Source: an uncultured Anaerolineaceae bacterium
Lineage (GTDB): Bacteria; Chloroflexota; Anaerolineae; Anaerolineales; E44-bin32
Assembly: GCA_964517315.1 (NCBI GenBank)
Contig: CAZFCJ010000004.1
Coordinates: forward strand, 267-63,245
Reading direction: 5' to 3'
Length of the DNA stretch: 62,979 bases
The notes beneath the pieces are model-generated. The model saw nothing but the letters and a program-made list of their open reading frames with translations, made no database searches and was not told the DNA's origin. The stretch's first letter is position 1. Every line of letters starts with the position of its first letter. The translations under genes and the position numbers were made by a program. Of this stretch, positions 25,177 to 35,138 are shown one piece after another.

Positions 25177-27129
25177 TCAACCCCCTGGGCCGTGGACCTC
25201 CTCCAACACCTCGGGGTTCACCAGGGCCGAGGTGTCGCCGGGCTCCTCGCCAAGGTAGGCGGCTCGCAGCATGCGCCGCATCAGCTTGGCGTTGCGGGTC
25301 TTGGGAAGGTCGCTGACGAAGACCAGATCTTGAGGCGCCAGCGGCTTGCCCAGCTCATCGACCAGCCACTCGCGCAGGGTGCGCTCGATCTGGAACCGGT
25401 CCGCGCCCTCGCGCAGCACGCAGAAGCAGACCAGGGCCTCGCCCTTGATCTCGTGCGGCACCCCGATCGCCGCGGCTTCGACCACCTCGCGGTGGCCGAC
25501 CAGAATCGACTCCACCTCCGCCGGCCCGAGCCGCTTGCCTGCGATCATCAGAGTGTCGTCCGATCGGCCGAGGATGAACCAACTGCCGTCCTCGTCAACC
25601 CGGGCAAAGTCCCCGTGCACCCAGACATCGGGCCAGCGTGACCAGTAGGTCTCCTCGTAGCGCTCGGGATCCTGCCAGAAGCCCCGCGTCATGCCTATCC
25701 AGGGCGACTTGATCACCAGTTCACCCACCTCGCCGACCAGCGAATGACCGTCGGGATCGAACACGTCGGCGTCGATCCCCGGGCAGGGGGCGGCCAGGGC
25801 GGTGGACTTCAGGGGAACGATCGGGTTGCCCATCACAATCCCGCCGGAAATCTCCGTGCCCCCCGAATAGTTGATGATCGGCTTTTCCCCGCCACAGACG
25901 ACTTCGAACAGCCAGCGCCAGGGATCCGGATTCCAGGGTTCTCCGGTGGAGCCGACCAGCCGCAGGGAGGAGAGGTCATGCTTGCGGACCACCTGCTCGC
26001 CCTCCGGGATCAAGGCCCGCACATACGTCGGCGACAAACCCAACTGGCGAACTTCATGGCGGGCGACCATCTGCCAAATGCGGTCGGGTTCTGGGTGCAT
26101 CGGCGAGCCGTCGTAAAGGAACATCGTGGCGCCCAGCAGCAGTGAGCCGAACACGAGCCAGGGTCCCATCATCCACCCCATATCGGTGATCCAGAAGATC
26201 CGATCCCCGCGCTGGACATCCATGCCGAACGCCATGTCCTGCGCCGATTTGACGGGGAAGCCGCAGTGGGTGTGCAGCGCGCCTTTCGGGCGCCCGGTTG
26301 TGCCCGAAGTGTAGATGATCATCAACGGGTCCTCGGCCGCGGTCACGGCCGTTTCGGCCCGATCGGATTGGGCCGCGACGAACTCATGCCACCAGCGGTC
26401 GCGCCCATGCCGCATCTCAACTTCGTCGCCGGTCCGCCTCAGCACGATCATGTGCTGCAGGCTCGGGGCGCGCTCGGCCGCCTCATCCGCTGTGGATTTC
26501 ATCGGCACCACGTTTCCGTTGCGGAAGAAACCGTCAGCGGTGATGAGGACTTTGGCCTCGGCGTCCTGCAATCGACTGGCGACCGCCCCTGCGCCGTAGC
26601 CGGAGAAGAGCGGCAAAATGATGCCGCCGATCTTGGCCACCGCCAGAAGGGCGACGACTTCCTCCGGGGTGAGCGGCATGTACAGGCCCACCGCGTCGCC
26701 CGCCTCGACTCCCAACTCACGCAGCGCGTTGGCGGCCCGGTTCACCTCAGCGTGAAGGCCGGCGTAGGTCATGCGCACGGTCTCGCCGCCTTCGCCCTCC
26801 CAGATCAGCGCCACCTGGTCCGCGAGTGGGGTGTCCACATACTTGTCCACGCAGTTGTGAATGATGTTTAGCTCGGCGCCCACGCACCAGCGCGGCCAGG
26901 CGATGCCGCGTGAGAGATCGAGGATGCGCTCATAGGGCGTATAGAACTCGATGTCGAGGAAGTCAAGCAGGGCCTCGGTGAACCACTCGACGTCTTCCAC
27001 TGACCTCCGCTGAAGCGAATCGAAGTCCTCGAACCCATACTCGCGCATGAACCGCGTCAGGTTGGCGCGCTCGATGTCTTCCGGGGAGGGTCGCCAAGCG
27101 TACTTCTCGGCACCGCGCACGGCCATCAT
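25177..27129 (-). CDS. AMP-forming acyl-CoA synthetase (acetyl/acetoacetyl-CoA synthetase-like)
   Basis: 650 aa. YTSGTTGRPKG AMP-binding motif, GDFARVDEDGSWFILGRSDD, PKTRNAKLMRR. Confidence 0.9.
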   Translation of the reverse strand: MMAVRGAEKYAWRPSPEDIERANLTRFMREYGFEDFDSLQRRSVEDVEWFTEALLDFLDIEFYTPYERILDLSRGIAWPRWCVGAELNIIHNCVDKYVDTPLADQVALIWEGEGGETVRMTYAGLHAEVNRAANALRELGVEAGDAVGLYMPLTPEEVVALLAVAKIGGIILPLFSGYGAGAVASRLQDAEAKVLITADGFFRNGNVVPMKSTADEAAERAPSLQHMIVLRRTGDEVEMRHGRDRWWHEFVAAQSDRAETAVTAAEDPLMIIYTSGTTGRPKGALHTHCGFPVKSAQDMAFGMDVQRGDRIFWITDMGWMMGPWLVFGSLLLGATMFLYDGSPMHPEPDRIWQMVARHEVRQLGLSPTYVRALIPEGEQVVRKHDLSSLRLVGSTGEPWNPDPWRWLFEVVCGGEKPIINYSGGTEISGGIVMGNPIVPLKSTALAAPCPGIDADVFDPDGHSLVGEVGELVIKSPWIGMTRGFWQDPERYEETYWSRWPDVWVHGDFARVDEDGSWFILGRSDDTLMIAGKRLGPAEVESILVGHREVVEAAAIGVPHEIKGEALVCFCVLREGADRFQIERTLREWLVDELGKPLAPQDLVFVSDLPKTRNAKLMRRMLRAAYLGEEPGDTSALVNPEVLEEVHGPGG

Positions 27130-27179
27130 GCCTCAGCTCCTTTACGGCGAAGGCTGCTTCCTGCTGACGATTCCAAAGC

Positions 27180-29648
27180 TTACTCAATTCCCAAGAGGCG
27201 CGCGTATGCAAACGATAACATGTCGCCGGCCGGCTTACCGTACACAGAGGCCGATTTGTCCTGAAGCGCGGCCAGAGGGTAGAAGCGGCGGGTGGTAAAG
27301 CCCTGGATGCGCGCGCGCTCCGCGGCCTGGACGAACACGGCTTGGAGGGCGCGGGATTGGGCGGCGAGGTCGACCTGGATCTCCGGGTCGACGACGGCGC
27401 CGGCGTCAAAGTCGGCGCTGGCGCGGCAGCCCCCACCCGCCGCCGGCGGGCAGGCCGCCGCGCTGCCCTCGATCGAAAGGTACTCGACGCTCAAGTGCAC
27501 GGGCCGGTCCGTCGGGGTGATGGAGAGCAGGACCTGCTCGAGTCCTTGAGCCGCGGCTAGCGTCAACTGGTCTTCGCCGGCGGCGGGGTCCTGGCTCAAC
27601 GGGTAGTGCCAGTGGACGTGCACCGTGTCGAAGGCCTCCAGGAAGCCGGGGCGAGGGGTCAGGTCGTCGGCGATTTCGAGCTCGAAAGCCACTTCACCCG
27701 AGAAACGTCCCCGGATGTCTGCGATCAGGCCGCGCCAACGGGACTCCGCATCGAGCGGAACGCCGGAAGGCGATCCATCGGCGAGGCTTCCATCCGGCAG
27801 CGCGGGTGCGATCTGGCTCCCGGTGATCACGAGTCTCGCCGCGCCGACGCGCTCGGCCAGGTTGGCCTGAGTCAGCAGGAAGGAGCGATATTCGTCAAAC
27901 CAGACCGACCACCAGATGTTGTCTCGCGGAGCATCCGTCCACCATTCATCGAGGTCTCCAGCGTCCGGCCTGATCTCGGGGCGCAGGATCACGGTCAGGC
28001 CTTGGTCGTCCGCGGCGGCCGCGGCGGCCGCCAGGTCCTCCTGGTAGCGGGCGTGGCGCGGGTCGAACTCGATCACCGGCAGCGGGCGGTCGGTGGGCAG
28101 CGTCCAGGCCGGGGTGAGAACCACAGTGTTGGCGTTGAGTTCGGCCACGCGCGACATGCTGCGGGCGTCATATTTTGGCCAGGAGGGCCGGTAGCGGGGC
28201 ACGATCTCCGCGCCGACCTGCCAACCGGCTCGTTCGGGAAGATCTCCGCTCGCTGCGGCCCCGCCGATCCATGGATCCTCCCACCAGGCCCAGCTTTCAA
28301 TCGTATCCTGCAAGGTCTGTTCTCCACCGGGAGCTAAAGGCCGGCCGGGCGCCTGGTCCCCCGTGCTTTGCGCGCTGTCGGCCCGGCCGCACTCGAAGTT
28401 GCGGCAGTAGCGATAGTCCAGGGAGTCTGCGAAATCCAAGGGGCCGCGCAGCGTGTAGCTCCAACTGCCGTCCTCTCGCTCGACCATCGGCAGCGGTTCA
28501 AACCACGTGAATGGGTTGAGCTGCAGCGTGATGTGGTCCTCCCGAGGCGTGTTCTGCGGGGGCGCGACTTCAAACCGCACCTCGCCGGCGCCGTCCGCAC
28601 CCCAAGAAGCGACGGTGTCGGCGACAGTGGCCTCGGTCTCCGGAACGATCAACTGGCGGGTGAGGAACGAACCGTCGAGGCGGCGCTCCGCGTTCCAGAG
28701 GCCGTCGCCGAGGGTGTACTTGTATCGCAGGTCGGTCCCCGCGTACATTCGGGTGAGGAAGATGTAGCTTGAGGCGTCGACCGGGACCAGCTCGGGGAGT
28801 CGAGCGGGGCTGATCTCGACTCCGCCGGGCAGTTCGGCAAACTGCGCGCCCAAAGAGCGCACAGAGCCGGCCACGCGCAACGGCAATCCGTCCGGGGTGT
28901 TGCCGGGCACCGTCACCTGGAATGTGAGGGTGACCGGCTCGGCCGGGCGGACCTCGAACGCCGCGGGCGTGGTCCGATTCTCCGCGATCACCGCGCCTTG
29001 TTGGGCGAGGCGGTAGCGCCCCTCAGGATGGTACACGACCACGTTGTGCAGCCCGGGGGGAAGACCGTCCAGGCGAAAGTGGCCCTGACCGTCGGTGAAG
29101 GTTTGCAGGCCGGCCGCGCTGACGATCATTTCCTGCACCGGCGCGCCGTCGCTCGTGCGGACACCTCCCAGCAGGCGCCCGGTCGGGCCCTCGTACGGCG
29201 CCTGACCCCAGGCGGCGACGCGGTCTTCGACCTCCATCGGGCCCGGGACGTGCACCAGACGGTAGCGGACCGGCTCACCGAAGACGGTGGATTCAACGGC
29301 GTTTTCGGCCGCGGTCGTGACGTAGCGGTAACGGACCAGAGAACCGATCGGGATCTGTACCTTCGTCTGCCAGCGGCCATCCGAAAGGCGGTTCATGCCG
29401 GCCTGTTCGCTGTGGTAAGGCGCGCCGGTGACGATATCGACGAACTCGATGGCGAGCTGCGCTTCGGCCGGGGTGGTGTCGGGTGGGATGAGTGTGAAGG
29501 TGACCTGCGCGTCGGTCCGCGGTGTCCCGCCCGTGCCGGGTACCGCTGTAGGAGCCGGGAGCCAGGCGCTGGAATCGAGGCCGACGCAGCCGCTGAGGAG
29601 AAAGAGACCGATACATATCAGCGGTATCCCGCGGCGGCTACGGTTCAT
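27180..29648 (-). CDS. large secreted lipoprotein with a carboxypeptidase-regulatory-like domain; C-terminal region possibly glycoside-hydrolase-like
   Basis: MNRSRRGIPLICIGLFLLSGC lipobox; GVRTSDGAPV...TDGQGHFRLDGLPPG. Start ATG overlaps the upstream stop (ATGA). Function is uncertain. Confidence 0.7.
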   Translation of the reverse strand: MNRSRRGIPLICIGLFLLSGCVGLDSSAWLPAPTAVPGTGGTPRTDAQVTFTLIPPDTTPAEAQLAIEFVDIVTGAPYHSEQAGMNRLSDGRWQTKVQIPIGSLVRYRYVTTAAENAVESTVFGEPVRYRLVHVPGPMEVEDRVAAWGQAPYEGPTGRLLGGVRTSDGAPVQEMIVSAAGLQTFTDGQGHFRLDGLPPGLHNVVVYHPEGRYRLAQQGAVIAENRTTPAAFEVRPAEPVTLTFQVTVPGNTPDGLPLRVAGSVRSLGAQFAELPGGVEISPARLPELVPVDASSYIFLTRMYAGTDLRYKYTLGDGLWNAERRLDGSFLTRQLIVPETEATVADTVASWGADGAGEVRFEVAPPQNTPREDHITLQLNPFTWFEPLPMVEREDGSWSYTLRGPLDFADSLDYRYCRNFECGRADSAQSTGDQAPGRPLAPGGEQTLQDTIESWAWWEDPWIGGAAASGDLPERAGWQVGAEIVPRYRPSWPKYDARSMSRVAELNANTVVLTPAWTLPTDRPLPVIEFDPRHARYQEDLAAAAAAADDQGLTVILRPEIRPDAGDLDEWWTDAPRDNIWWSVWFDEYRSFLLTQANLAERVGAARLVITGSQIAPALPDGSLADGSPSGVPLDAESRWRGLIADIRGRFSGEVAFELEIADDLTPRPGFLEAFDTVHVHWHYPLSQDPAAGEDQLTLAAAQGLEQVLLSITPTDRPVHLSVEYLSIEGSAAACPPAAGGGCRASADFDAGAVVDPEIQVDLAAQSRALQAVFVQAAERARIQGFTTRRFYPLAALQDKSASVYGKPAGDMLSFAYARLLGIE

Positions 29649-30445
29649 TCTGTCATTACGCCCTGAAGCATCTGAAAGCAAAGGTCGATGTTGGGGACCT
29701 CGGCCGCGGAGAGCTTGATCGGCTTGAGGTTTGTCTCCGGGGTGGGAAACAGAGTCAGCTCGCCGTGATCCAGCGAGGCCCCGTGGAGCAGCTTCCACGG
29801 AAGTTGGCGCTGACCCACCTGTACGCCCTGCGGTCTAAGCGTGATCGGCCCGAACTGCAAAGTCCCTCCCCGGTTGAACCTCTGCGTGTAGGCTCTGAGC
29901 ATCGGAGGGTACACCTTCTGCTTTACGGTGTCCACCAAGGACTTGAAGTCGGAGAGTTCCTGGGTAAAACGCAGTGTGCGGCCGTCCGCGGTTTCCAGGC
30001 TGAGCGAGAGCGGCCGGCCCACGCCCAGCAGCCGCAGGCCCGGCCAGGGGCCGGCGGTGCGGATGGCGACGATTTCCTGCCAGGGGAGGTTGATCGACCG
30101 GCCGCCGCGCCGAACGAGTATTCCGCTCGGGTAGACCAGGACCCTTGTCTTTCGGGTGCGCCACAGTGAAAGAAAGCCGAGCGCGGCCAGCGGAGTGAGC
30201 CCTAACGCGCCCATGAACCACGGGACCGACCAGCGCCAAACGACCGCCGGTCCATAGTTTGTGTAGGCCAGCGTCCAACGCCAGACTCCCACGCCCGAGC
30301 ATATCAGCACGCCGAGGGTGCCCGTTATCACTCCGATCCACTGCACGGCTCGGAGACCGCTGCGGATGGTGTGGGTTTGGAGGGGCGCTCCCGGGCGGGG
30401 CGTCGCCTCGTTCGCCGTCTCAGAGCGCCGGGCGACCGAAGTCAA
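29645..30445 (-). CDS. hypothetical membrane protein with a PH-like soluble domain
   Basis: Three TM helices, then GILVRRGGRSINLPWQEIVAIR. Overlaps both neighbours by 4 nt. Confidence 0.55.
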   Translation of the reverse strand: MTSVARRSETANEATPRPGAPLQTHTIRSGLRAVQWIGVITGTLGVLICSGVGVWRWTLAYTNYGPAVVWRWSVPWFMGALGLTPLAALGFLSLWRTRKTRVLVYPSGILVRRGGRSINLPWQEIVAIRTAGPWPGLRLLGVGRPLSLSLETADGRTLRFTQELSDFKSLVDTVKQKVYPPMLRAYTQRFNRGGTLQFGPITLRPQGVQVGQRQLPWKLLHGASLDHGELTLFPTPETNLKPIKLSAAEVPNIDLCFQMLQGVMTE

Positions 30446-31227
30446 GTGAGGACCAGTCTGCCGGACGCCAGTGAGCCCAGGAAGGCGAGGATACCCAACC
30501 CGGCGCCCAGCAGCGCCCGACGGCGGAGAGAGGTCGGCGAGAACGCGGCGCCCAGACCGAAGCCAAGCGCGAAGACGGAGGCGTGATATGCGAGCTGCAC
30601 CAGCGTGTGCCCTATCGCTGAGGTGGGCAGGGTAAGGCTGGCGATCGTCAACAAACCCGCGCCGACGCCCGCCACCGCGGCGCTGGTCGCGAACGCGTCG
30701 CTGCGGTTATCGATCACCTCGGGGATGGGGGCAAGGTCCTCGGGGAGCCCGACCGTGCCCGCCGTCCCGTAAAGCATGCGGTAGAAGATAAATTGGTTCC
30801 AGGCCACGACCGCCATGACGACGCGCACAATGGCTCGTCCAACCGTCTCAATGATGCCGCCGGAGAACACCTGTGAGATCGGATCCGGCCCGAACACCGC
30901 AGCCATGCCGGGGATCAGTGCGACAAGCGACAGGGCCCAAAGAAGGGCGACCAGCGCCAGCAGCGCCGGCTGCAGCAGTGTGGCGAGAAAGGCCGCTCCG
31001 ACCAGCCATGGCAGCGATGCCCACGGGTAGGCTCCGCCGATCGAAATCCAGCTGAGGACGGCCATGCCCGCAAATAGCGCGGCCCAGATCCACTGGATGC
31101 GCTGGAGCCGCGTGGCGGCGAGCTTCAAATTGGGATGATCGGCGGGGAGAGGCTCAGGCCCGTCGGCCCGCGCCGCCGCCGAGCCGGCGGTCTCCGCCTC
31201 CATTTCAGGCCCGGACGAAGTAGACAT
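30442..31227 (-). CDS. hypothetical polytopic membrane protein
   Basis: 261 aa, about 6 TM helices. First gene of a 3-gene operon. Confidence 0.55.
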   Translation of the reverse strand: MSTSSGPEMEAETAGSAAARADGPEPLPADHPNLKLAATRLQRIQWIWAALFAGMAVLSWISIGGAYPWASLPWLVGAAFLATLLQPALLALVALLWALSLVALIPGMAAVFGPDPISQVFSGGIIETVGRAIVRVVMAVVAWNQFIFYRMLYGTAGTVGLPEDLAPIPEVIDNRSDAFATSAAVAGVGAGLLTIASLTLPTSAIGHTLVQLAYHASVFALGFGLGAAFSPTSLRRRALLGAGLGILAFLGSLASGRLVLT

Positions 31228-31236
31228 CGGTGGGTT

Positions 31237-31461
31237 TCACTTGGCGGTTGTGCAGGTAGCCTGGCTTGACCTGCATCCGAGTGCAATCGCGAGAAGCCTG
31301 CTCTGAAGCCACACCCACGCTTGGGGGAAGCCGGGGCGATCGATCTCAAGATGCTCGAGCGCGGCGTCATAGGCGGCCTTGACGACCGCTCGCAAGGTCT
31401 TATCGGGCCGGAACTTGCTGGACCTGGAGATCCCTCCCGAAATCACATAGACGGGTCGCAT
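31237..31461 (-). pseudogene. possible N-terminal remnant of a thiolase-like gene
   Basis: MRPVYVISGGISRSSKFRPDKTLRAVVKAAYDAALEHL resembles thiolase/SCP-x N-termini. The remainder is not protein-like. Confidence 0.25.
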
Positions 31462-31651
31462 CGGCGGCTCCCTTCTTCGCGTCCAGGGTCTGTCGGTGGA
31501 TTCTACACCGGCGTGATGCAGGTCGGAAGCCACATCTTATGGCTCCCAGGCCGCCGACATGACCTGGCGGCCACGAGCAGCCCGTCGTGGGTTCCGTTGA
31601 CGGTAGAATCGAGACACAGTTTCCTCCTTATGGGGAACGGAAAGGAAACCG

Positions 31652-32962
31652 ATGTCTCTCCTGATTCTGAACGTCCTCATTTTGTTGCTTCTGGTGCTGG
31701 CCAACGGTGCCTTCGCGATGGCTGAAATCGCGGTCGTATCGGCCCGCCCCATCCGCTTGGAGCAGCAGGCCAAGGAAGGCGACGCCGGCGCCGAAGTGGC
31801 GCTGAAGCTGAACCAGTCACCTGGGCGCTTCCTCTCCACCGTCCAAGTCGGCATCACACTTGTGGGTGTGTTCTCAGGAGCGTTCGGAGGTACCACCCTG
31901 GCCGGGCCGATCGCCGAGGCTTTACAGGGCGTGCCCGTGCTCGACCCTTACCGTCAGGCGATCGGGCTGGGCGTCGTGGTCGTGTCGGTGACGTATCTGT
32001 CGCTGATTCTGGGCGAATTGGTGCCCAAGCGTATCGCGCTTCACGACCCCGAGGAAGTGGCCGCCCTCATGGCCCGGCCGATGGGTCTGCTCGCCCAACT
32101 GGCGAGGCCGGTGGTTTATTTCCTGACCTGGTCGACCGACGTCGTGTTCGGCATGCTGGGTATCCGCCCCGATGAACAGCCCGAGATCACCGAGGAGGAG
32201 ATCAAGGTGATGATGGAGAAGGGGCTGGAGGAGGGCGCCTTCGTGCGCCACGAGCAAGCCGTCGTCGAACGCGTCTTCCAATTGGAGGAACGCAGGGTCG
32301 GTTCACTCTGCACCCCGCGCACCGAGATCATGTGGCTTGATTTGGAGGACCCGCTGGAGGAGACGAAGCAGCGCATCCTCAGCAGCATCCACTCCCGCTT
32401 TCCCGTCGCCGAAGGGGGCCTGGATCACGTCGTGGGGATCGTGCAGGCCAAGGACCTGTTGGCGCTGTGCCTTTCCGGAGAGCCGCTGGACGTACGCAGG
32501 GTGATGCGCGATCCGAAGTTCATCCCCGAATCGATGAAGGCGTTCGAGCTGCTCGAGGCGTTCAAGGAGGCCCGTATGCACATCGCGTTGGTCATGGACG
32601 AGTACGGTGGATTGGAGGGGGTCGTCACGACCAACGACGTGCTCGAAGGGCTGGTCGGCGACATCCCGGTGGCCGGTGAAGAGAGCGAAGCTCCGTTCCG
32701 ACGGGCGGACGGATCCTGGCTGCTGGAGGGCATGCTGTCGGTGGAGGAGTTCAAAGACCTGTTCAACCTGCGCGAGGTTCCGGGGGAGGAACGCGCGCTC
32801 TTCGAGACGTTGGGTGGATTCATCATGAGCAAACTCGGCCGGGTCCCCCGCACCGGAGACTCTTTCAGGTGGCGCGACCTGGAGATCGAGGTGGTGGACA
32901 TGGACGGTCTGCGGGTCGATAAAGTCCTGGTAAATCCCCACACCGGTAAGGGTCAGGAATGA
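31652..32962 (+). CDS. CNNM/HlyC-CorC family transporter (DUF21-CBS-CorC)
   Basis: GAFAMAEIAVVS DUF21, CBS pair, C-terminal CorC_HlyC domain. Confidence 0.9.
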   Translation: MSLLILNVLILLLLVLANGAFAMAEIAVVSARPIRLEQQAKEGDAGAEVALKLNQSPGRFLSTVQVGITLVGVFSGAFGGTTLAGPIAEALQGVPVLDPYRQAIGLGVVVVSVTYLSLILGELVPKRIALHDPEEVAALMARPMGLLAQLARPVVYFLTWSTDVVFGMLGIRPDEQPEITEEEIKVMMEKGLEEGAFVRHEQAVVERVFQLEERRVGSLCTPRTEIMWLDLEDPLEETKQRILSSIHSRFPVAEGGLDHVVGIVQAKDLLALCLSGEPLDVRRVMRDPKFIPESMKAFELLEAFKEARMHIALVMDEYGGLEGVVTTNDVLEGLVGDIPVAGEESEAPFRRADGSWLLEGMLSVEEFKDLFNLREVPGEERALFETLGGFIMSKLGRVPRTGDSFRWRDLEIEVVDMDGLRVDKVLVNPHTGKGQE

Positions 32963-33067
32963 CCGGTCCGCCCCGGTCCGTTGTCCTCGCGGCTGGATGC
33001 CGCGAGCCACGGTCTGACCGGATGAAATTCTGCGCTGAAGATCTTCCCGCGTTCAAGCAAATGGAGC

Positions 33068-33829
33068 TCAGCTCGAGCTCTTGCGCCCCTGCTCAACAAT
33101 ACGCTGCCGGAGCTTCACCGGTTCGGGCCGAGGGCGCCTGACCTGCAGGTTCAGCACTTCGACGACGACCGAGAACCCCATTGCGAAGTAGATGTAGCCT
33201 TTGGGGATGTGGAGCCCCAGCCCCTCTGCGATCAACGAGGTCCCGATCAGCAGCAGGAAGCTCAAGGCCAGCATCTGCACCGTGGGGTGATGGTGGACGA
33301 AGTCGCTAATCGGTCCTGATGACCACATCATCACGACGATGGCGACAATAATGGCCGCGACCATCACCCACAACTCGCGCGCCATCCCCACGGCCGTGAT
33401 CACCGAATCCAACGAGAACACGATGTCGAGCAGACCGATCTGAACGATTACGGCGGACAGCGTAGCAGCGACGGCTTCGGAGGCGGCGTGCTCCTCCCCC
33501 TCCAGCTTGTCGTGGATTTCCCTCGTACTTTTGGCCAACAGGAACAGGCCACCGCCAATCAGGATCAGGTCGCGCCCGGAGAGCGGATGGCCCAGCACTT
33601 CGAAGAGCGGGGCAGTCAACCCAATGATCCAGGTTATCGAGAACAGCAGGGCGATGCGGGTAATCATGGCCACCGCAAGCCCGAGGATCCTGGCGCGCTC
33701 GCGCTCTGCGGGAGGGAGGCGATCGGAGAGGATCGAGATAAACACGATGTTGTCGATGCCCAGGACGACCTCCAGGGCGGTCAGTGTGACGAGGGCGATC
33801 AGGTTGTCCGGGGTCAGTGCGATAGGCAT
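33068..33829 (-). CDS. TerC family integral membrane protein
   Basis: LEVVLGIDNIVFISI and LDIVFSLDSVITAVG repeated motifs. Confidence 0.9.
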   Translation of the reverse strand: MPIALTPDNLIALVTLTALEVVLGIDNIVFISILSDRLPPAERERARILGLAVAMITRIALLFSITWIIGLTAPLFEVLGHPLSGRDLILIGGGLFLLAKSTREIHDKLEGEEHAASEAVAATLSAVIVQIGLLDIVFSLDSVITAVGMARELWVMVAAIIVAIVVMMWSSGPISDFVHHHPTVQMLALSFLLLIGTSLIAEGLGLHIPKGYIYFAMGFSVVVEVLNLQVRRPRPEPVKLRQRIVEQGRKSSS

Positions 33830-33902
33830 GGCCCACCTCCGCTAAGGGGTGAAAAGCTTCGGGCATTATAGGGGCTGACCGGATTGGGAGAGCCGGCGGC
33901 TC

Positions 33903-34742
33903 TTAACGGCCTCGGCGGGCCAACGCGGCCATGCCGATGCTCAAGAAATAAAGCAGGATCATCGGCGCCATGACAAGGCCCATGTTCACCGGGTCGATGG
34001 TGGGCGTGATCATCGCGGCCAGTACGGCAATGGCCACGATCGCGATCCGCCAGCCGCGCCAGAGCATCGCGGCGTCGACGATCCCAACCAGGGCAAGAAT
34101 GTAGACCAGCAGCGGGAATTCGAACGCCAGCCCCAGCCAAAACATCACCCCGGTGACGAACTGAATATAAGAAGACGGACGGAGCTCGGCCGGGATGCCG
34201 AGGAAGTTCAGCAAGAACGGGAGCGCGGCCGGCAGCATGACGTAGTAGGCGAAGGACATACCGGCCACGAACAGCAAGGTGCCGACCGGCAGCAGCACGA
34301 GCACCAGCTTGCGCTCCTGCGGCCTGAGAGCCGGGTTCAGGAACAGGAATAGCTCCAGCAGGAGGTAAGGCAGAGCGAGCACCAGCCCGCTGAGCAGTGA
34401 GACGCGCATGAAGGCGCCGATGGACTCGGTGACCTCGATCGCCTGCAGCTCCTGGATGCCTCCGATCGGCGCGGTCAGCCAGCCCAGGATGCTCTGGGAG
34501 AAGGTCACGCTGATGCCGGTGGTCAGGATCAAGAAGACGAGCGCCCGGAGTAGGTGCCGGCGCAGCGCCTCCAGATGGTCGACCAGCAGTGAAGGCTGTT
34601 CGAAGGTCCTGGAGAACACTTCGGCGGTGGGGGTCTCGTCCGGCTCCTGGTTCAGCCAGGCCGAAAGGCGCCGCATGGGAGCAAGCAGAAGGCGAATAGG
34701 CCATGTGATCCAGGAGCCGAGCCGGCGCAAAATGCGGCTCAT
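33903..34742 (-). CDS. tatC: twin-arginine translocase subunit TatC
   Basis: HLEALRRHL..., 6 TM helices, 279 aa. Confidence 0.9.
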   Translation of the reverse strand: MSRILRRLGSWITWPIRLLLAPMRRLSAWLNQEPDETPTAEVFSRTFEQPSLLVDHLEALRRHLLRALVFLILTTGISVTFSQSILGWLTAPIGGIQELQAIEVTESIGAFMRVSLLSGLVLALPYLLLELFLFLNPALRPQERKLVLVLLPVGTLLFVAGMSFAYYVMLPAALPFLLNFLGIPAELRPSSYIQFVTGVMFWLGLAFEFPLLVYILALVGIVDAAMLWRGWRIAIVAIAVLAAMITPTIDPVNMGLVMAPMILLYFLSIGMAALARRGR

Positions 34743-34745
34743 AGG

Positions 34746-35135
34746 CTAACCGTTGGCAGCGTCATCCGTCTTATCGGCTTCGGCGGATGGCTCTTCCTCG
34801 GTCTCTTCGGCCGCCGGCGGCCGACGGGATTTCGGCGTGGGACGCCAGGCGTCCATCGGCTCGCCCTGGTTCCCTCGGTCCCCTGAGCCCTGGGGCTCTT
34901 TGTGCAGCGTTTCGTCCAGTTCCTCGAGGGCAGCCTCGCGCGCCAGCCGGTTGGGAAGATTGCGGAACTCTTGCGAAGCTCGGCTGAGCGTGTCCCAGAC
35001 CTCGGAGCGGTACAGCCGGTTCAGAAAGCGGCCCACGCTGCGCGCGAAGCGGGCGATTTCTCTCGGCCCGAGCACGAGCAGCGCGATCAGCAGGATGAAG
35101 GCCAGCTCGAGCGGCCCAACTCCGAGAAAGTCCAT
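34746..35135 (-). CDS. tatA: twin-arginine translocase TatA/TatB family protein
   Basis: GPLELAFILLIALLVLGPREI N-terminal TM helix plus amphipathic helix. Confidence 0.85.
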   Translation of the reverse strand: MDFLGVGPLELAFILLIALLVLGPREIARFARSVGRFLNRLYRSEVWDTLSRASQEFRNLPNRLAREAALEELDETLHKEPQGSGDRGNQGEPMDAWRPTPKSRRPPAAEETEEEPSAEADKTDDAANG

Positions 35136-35138
35136 CGC

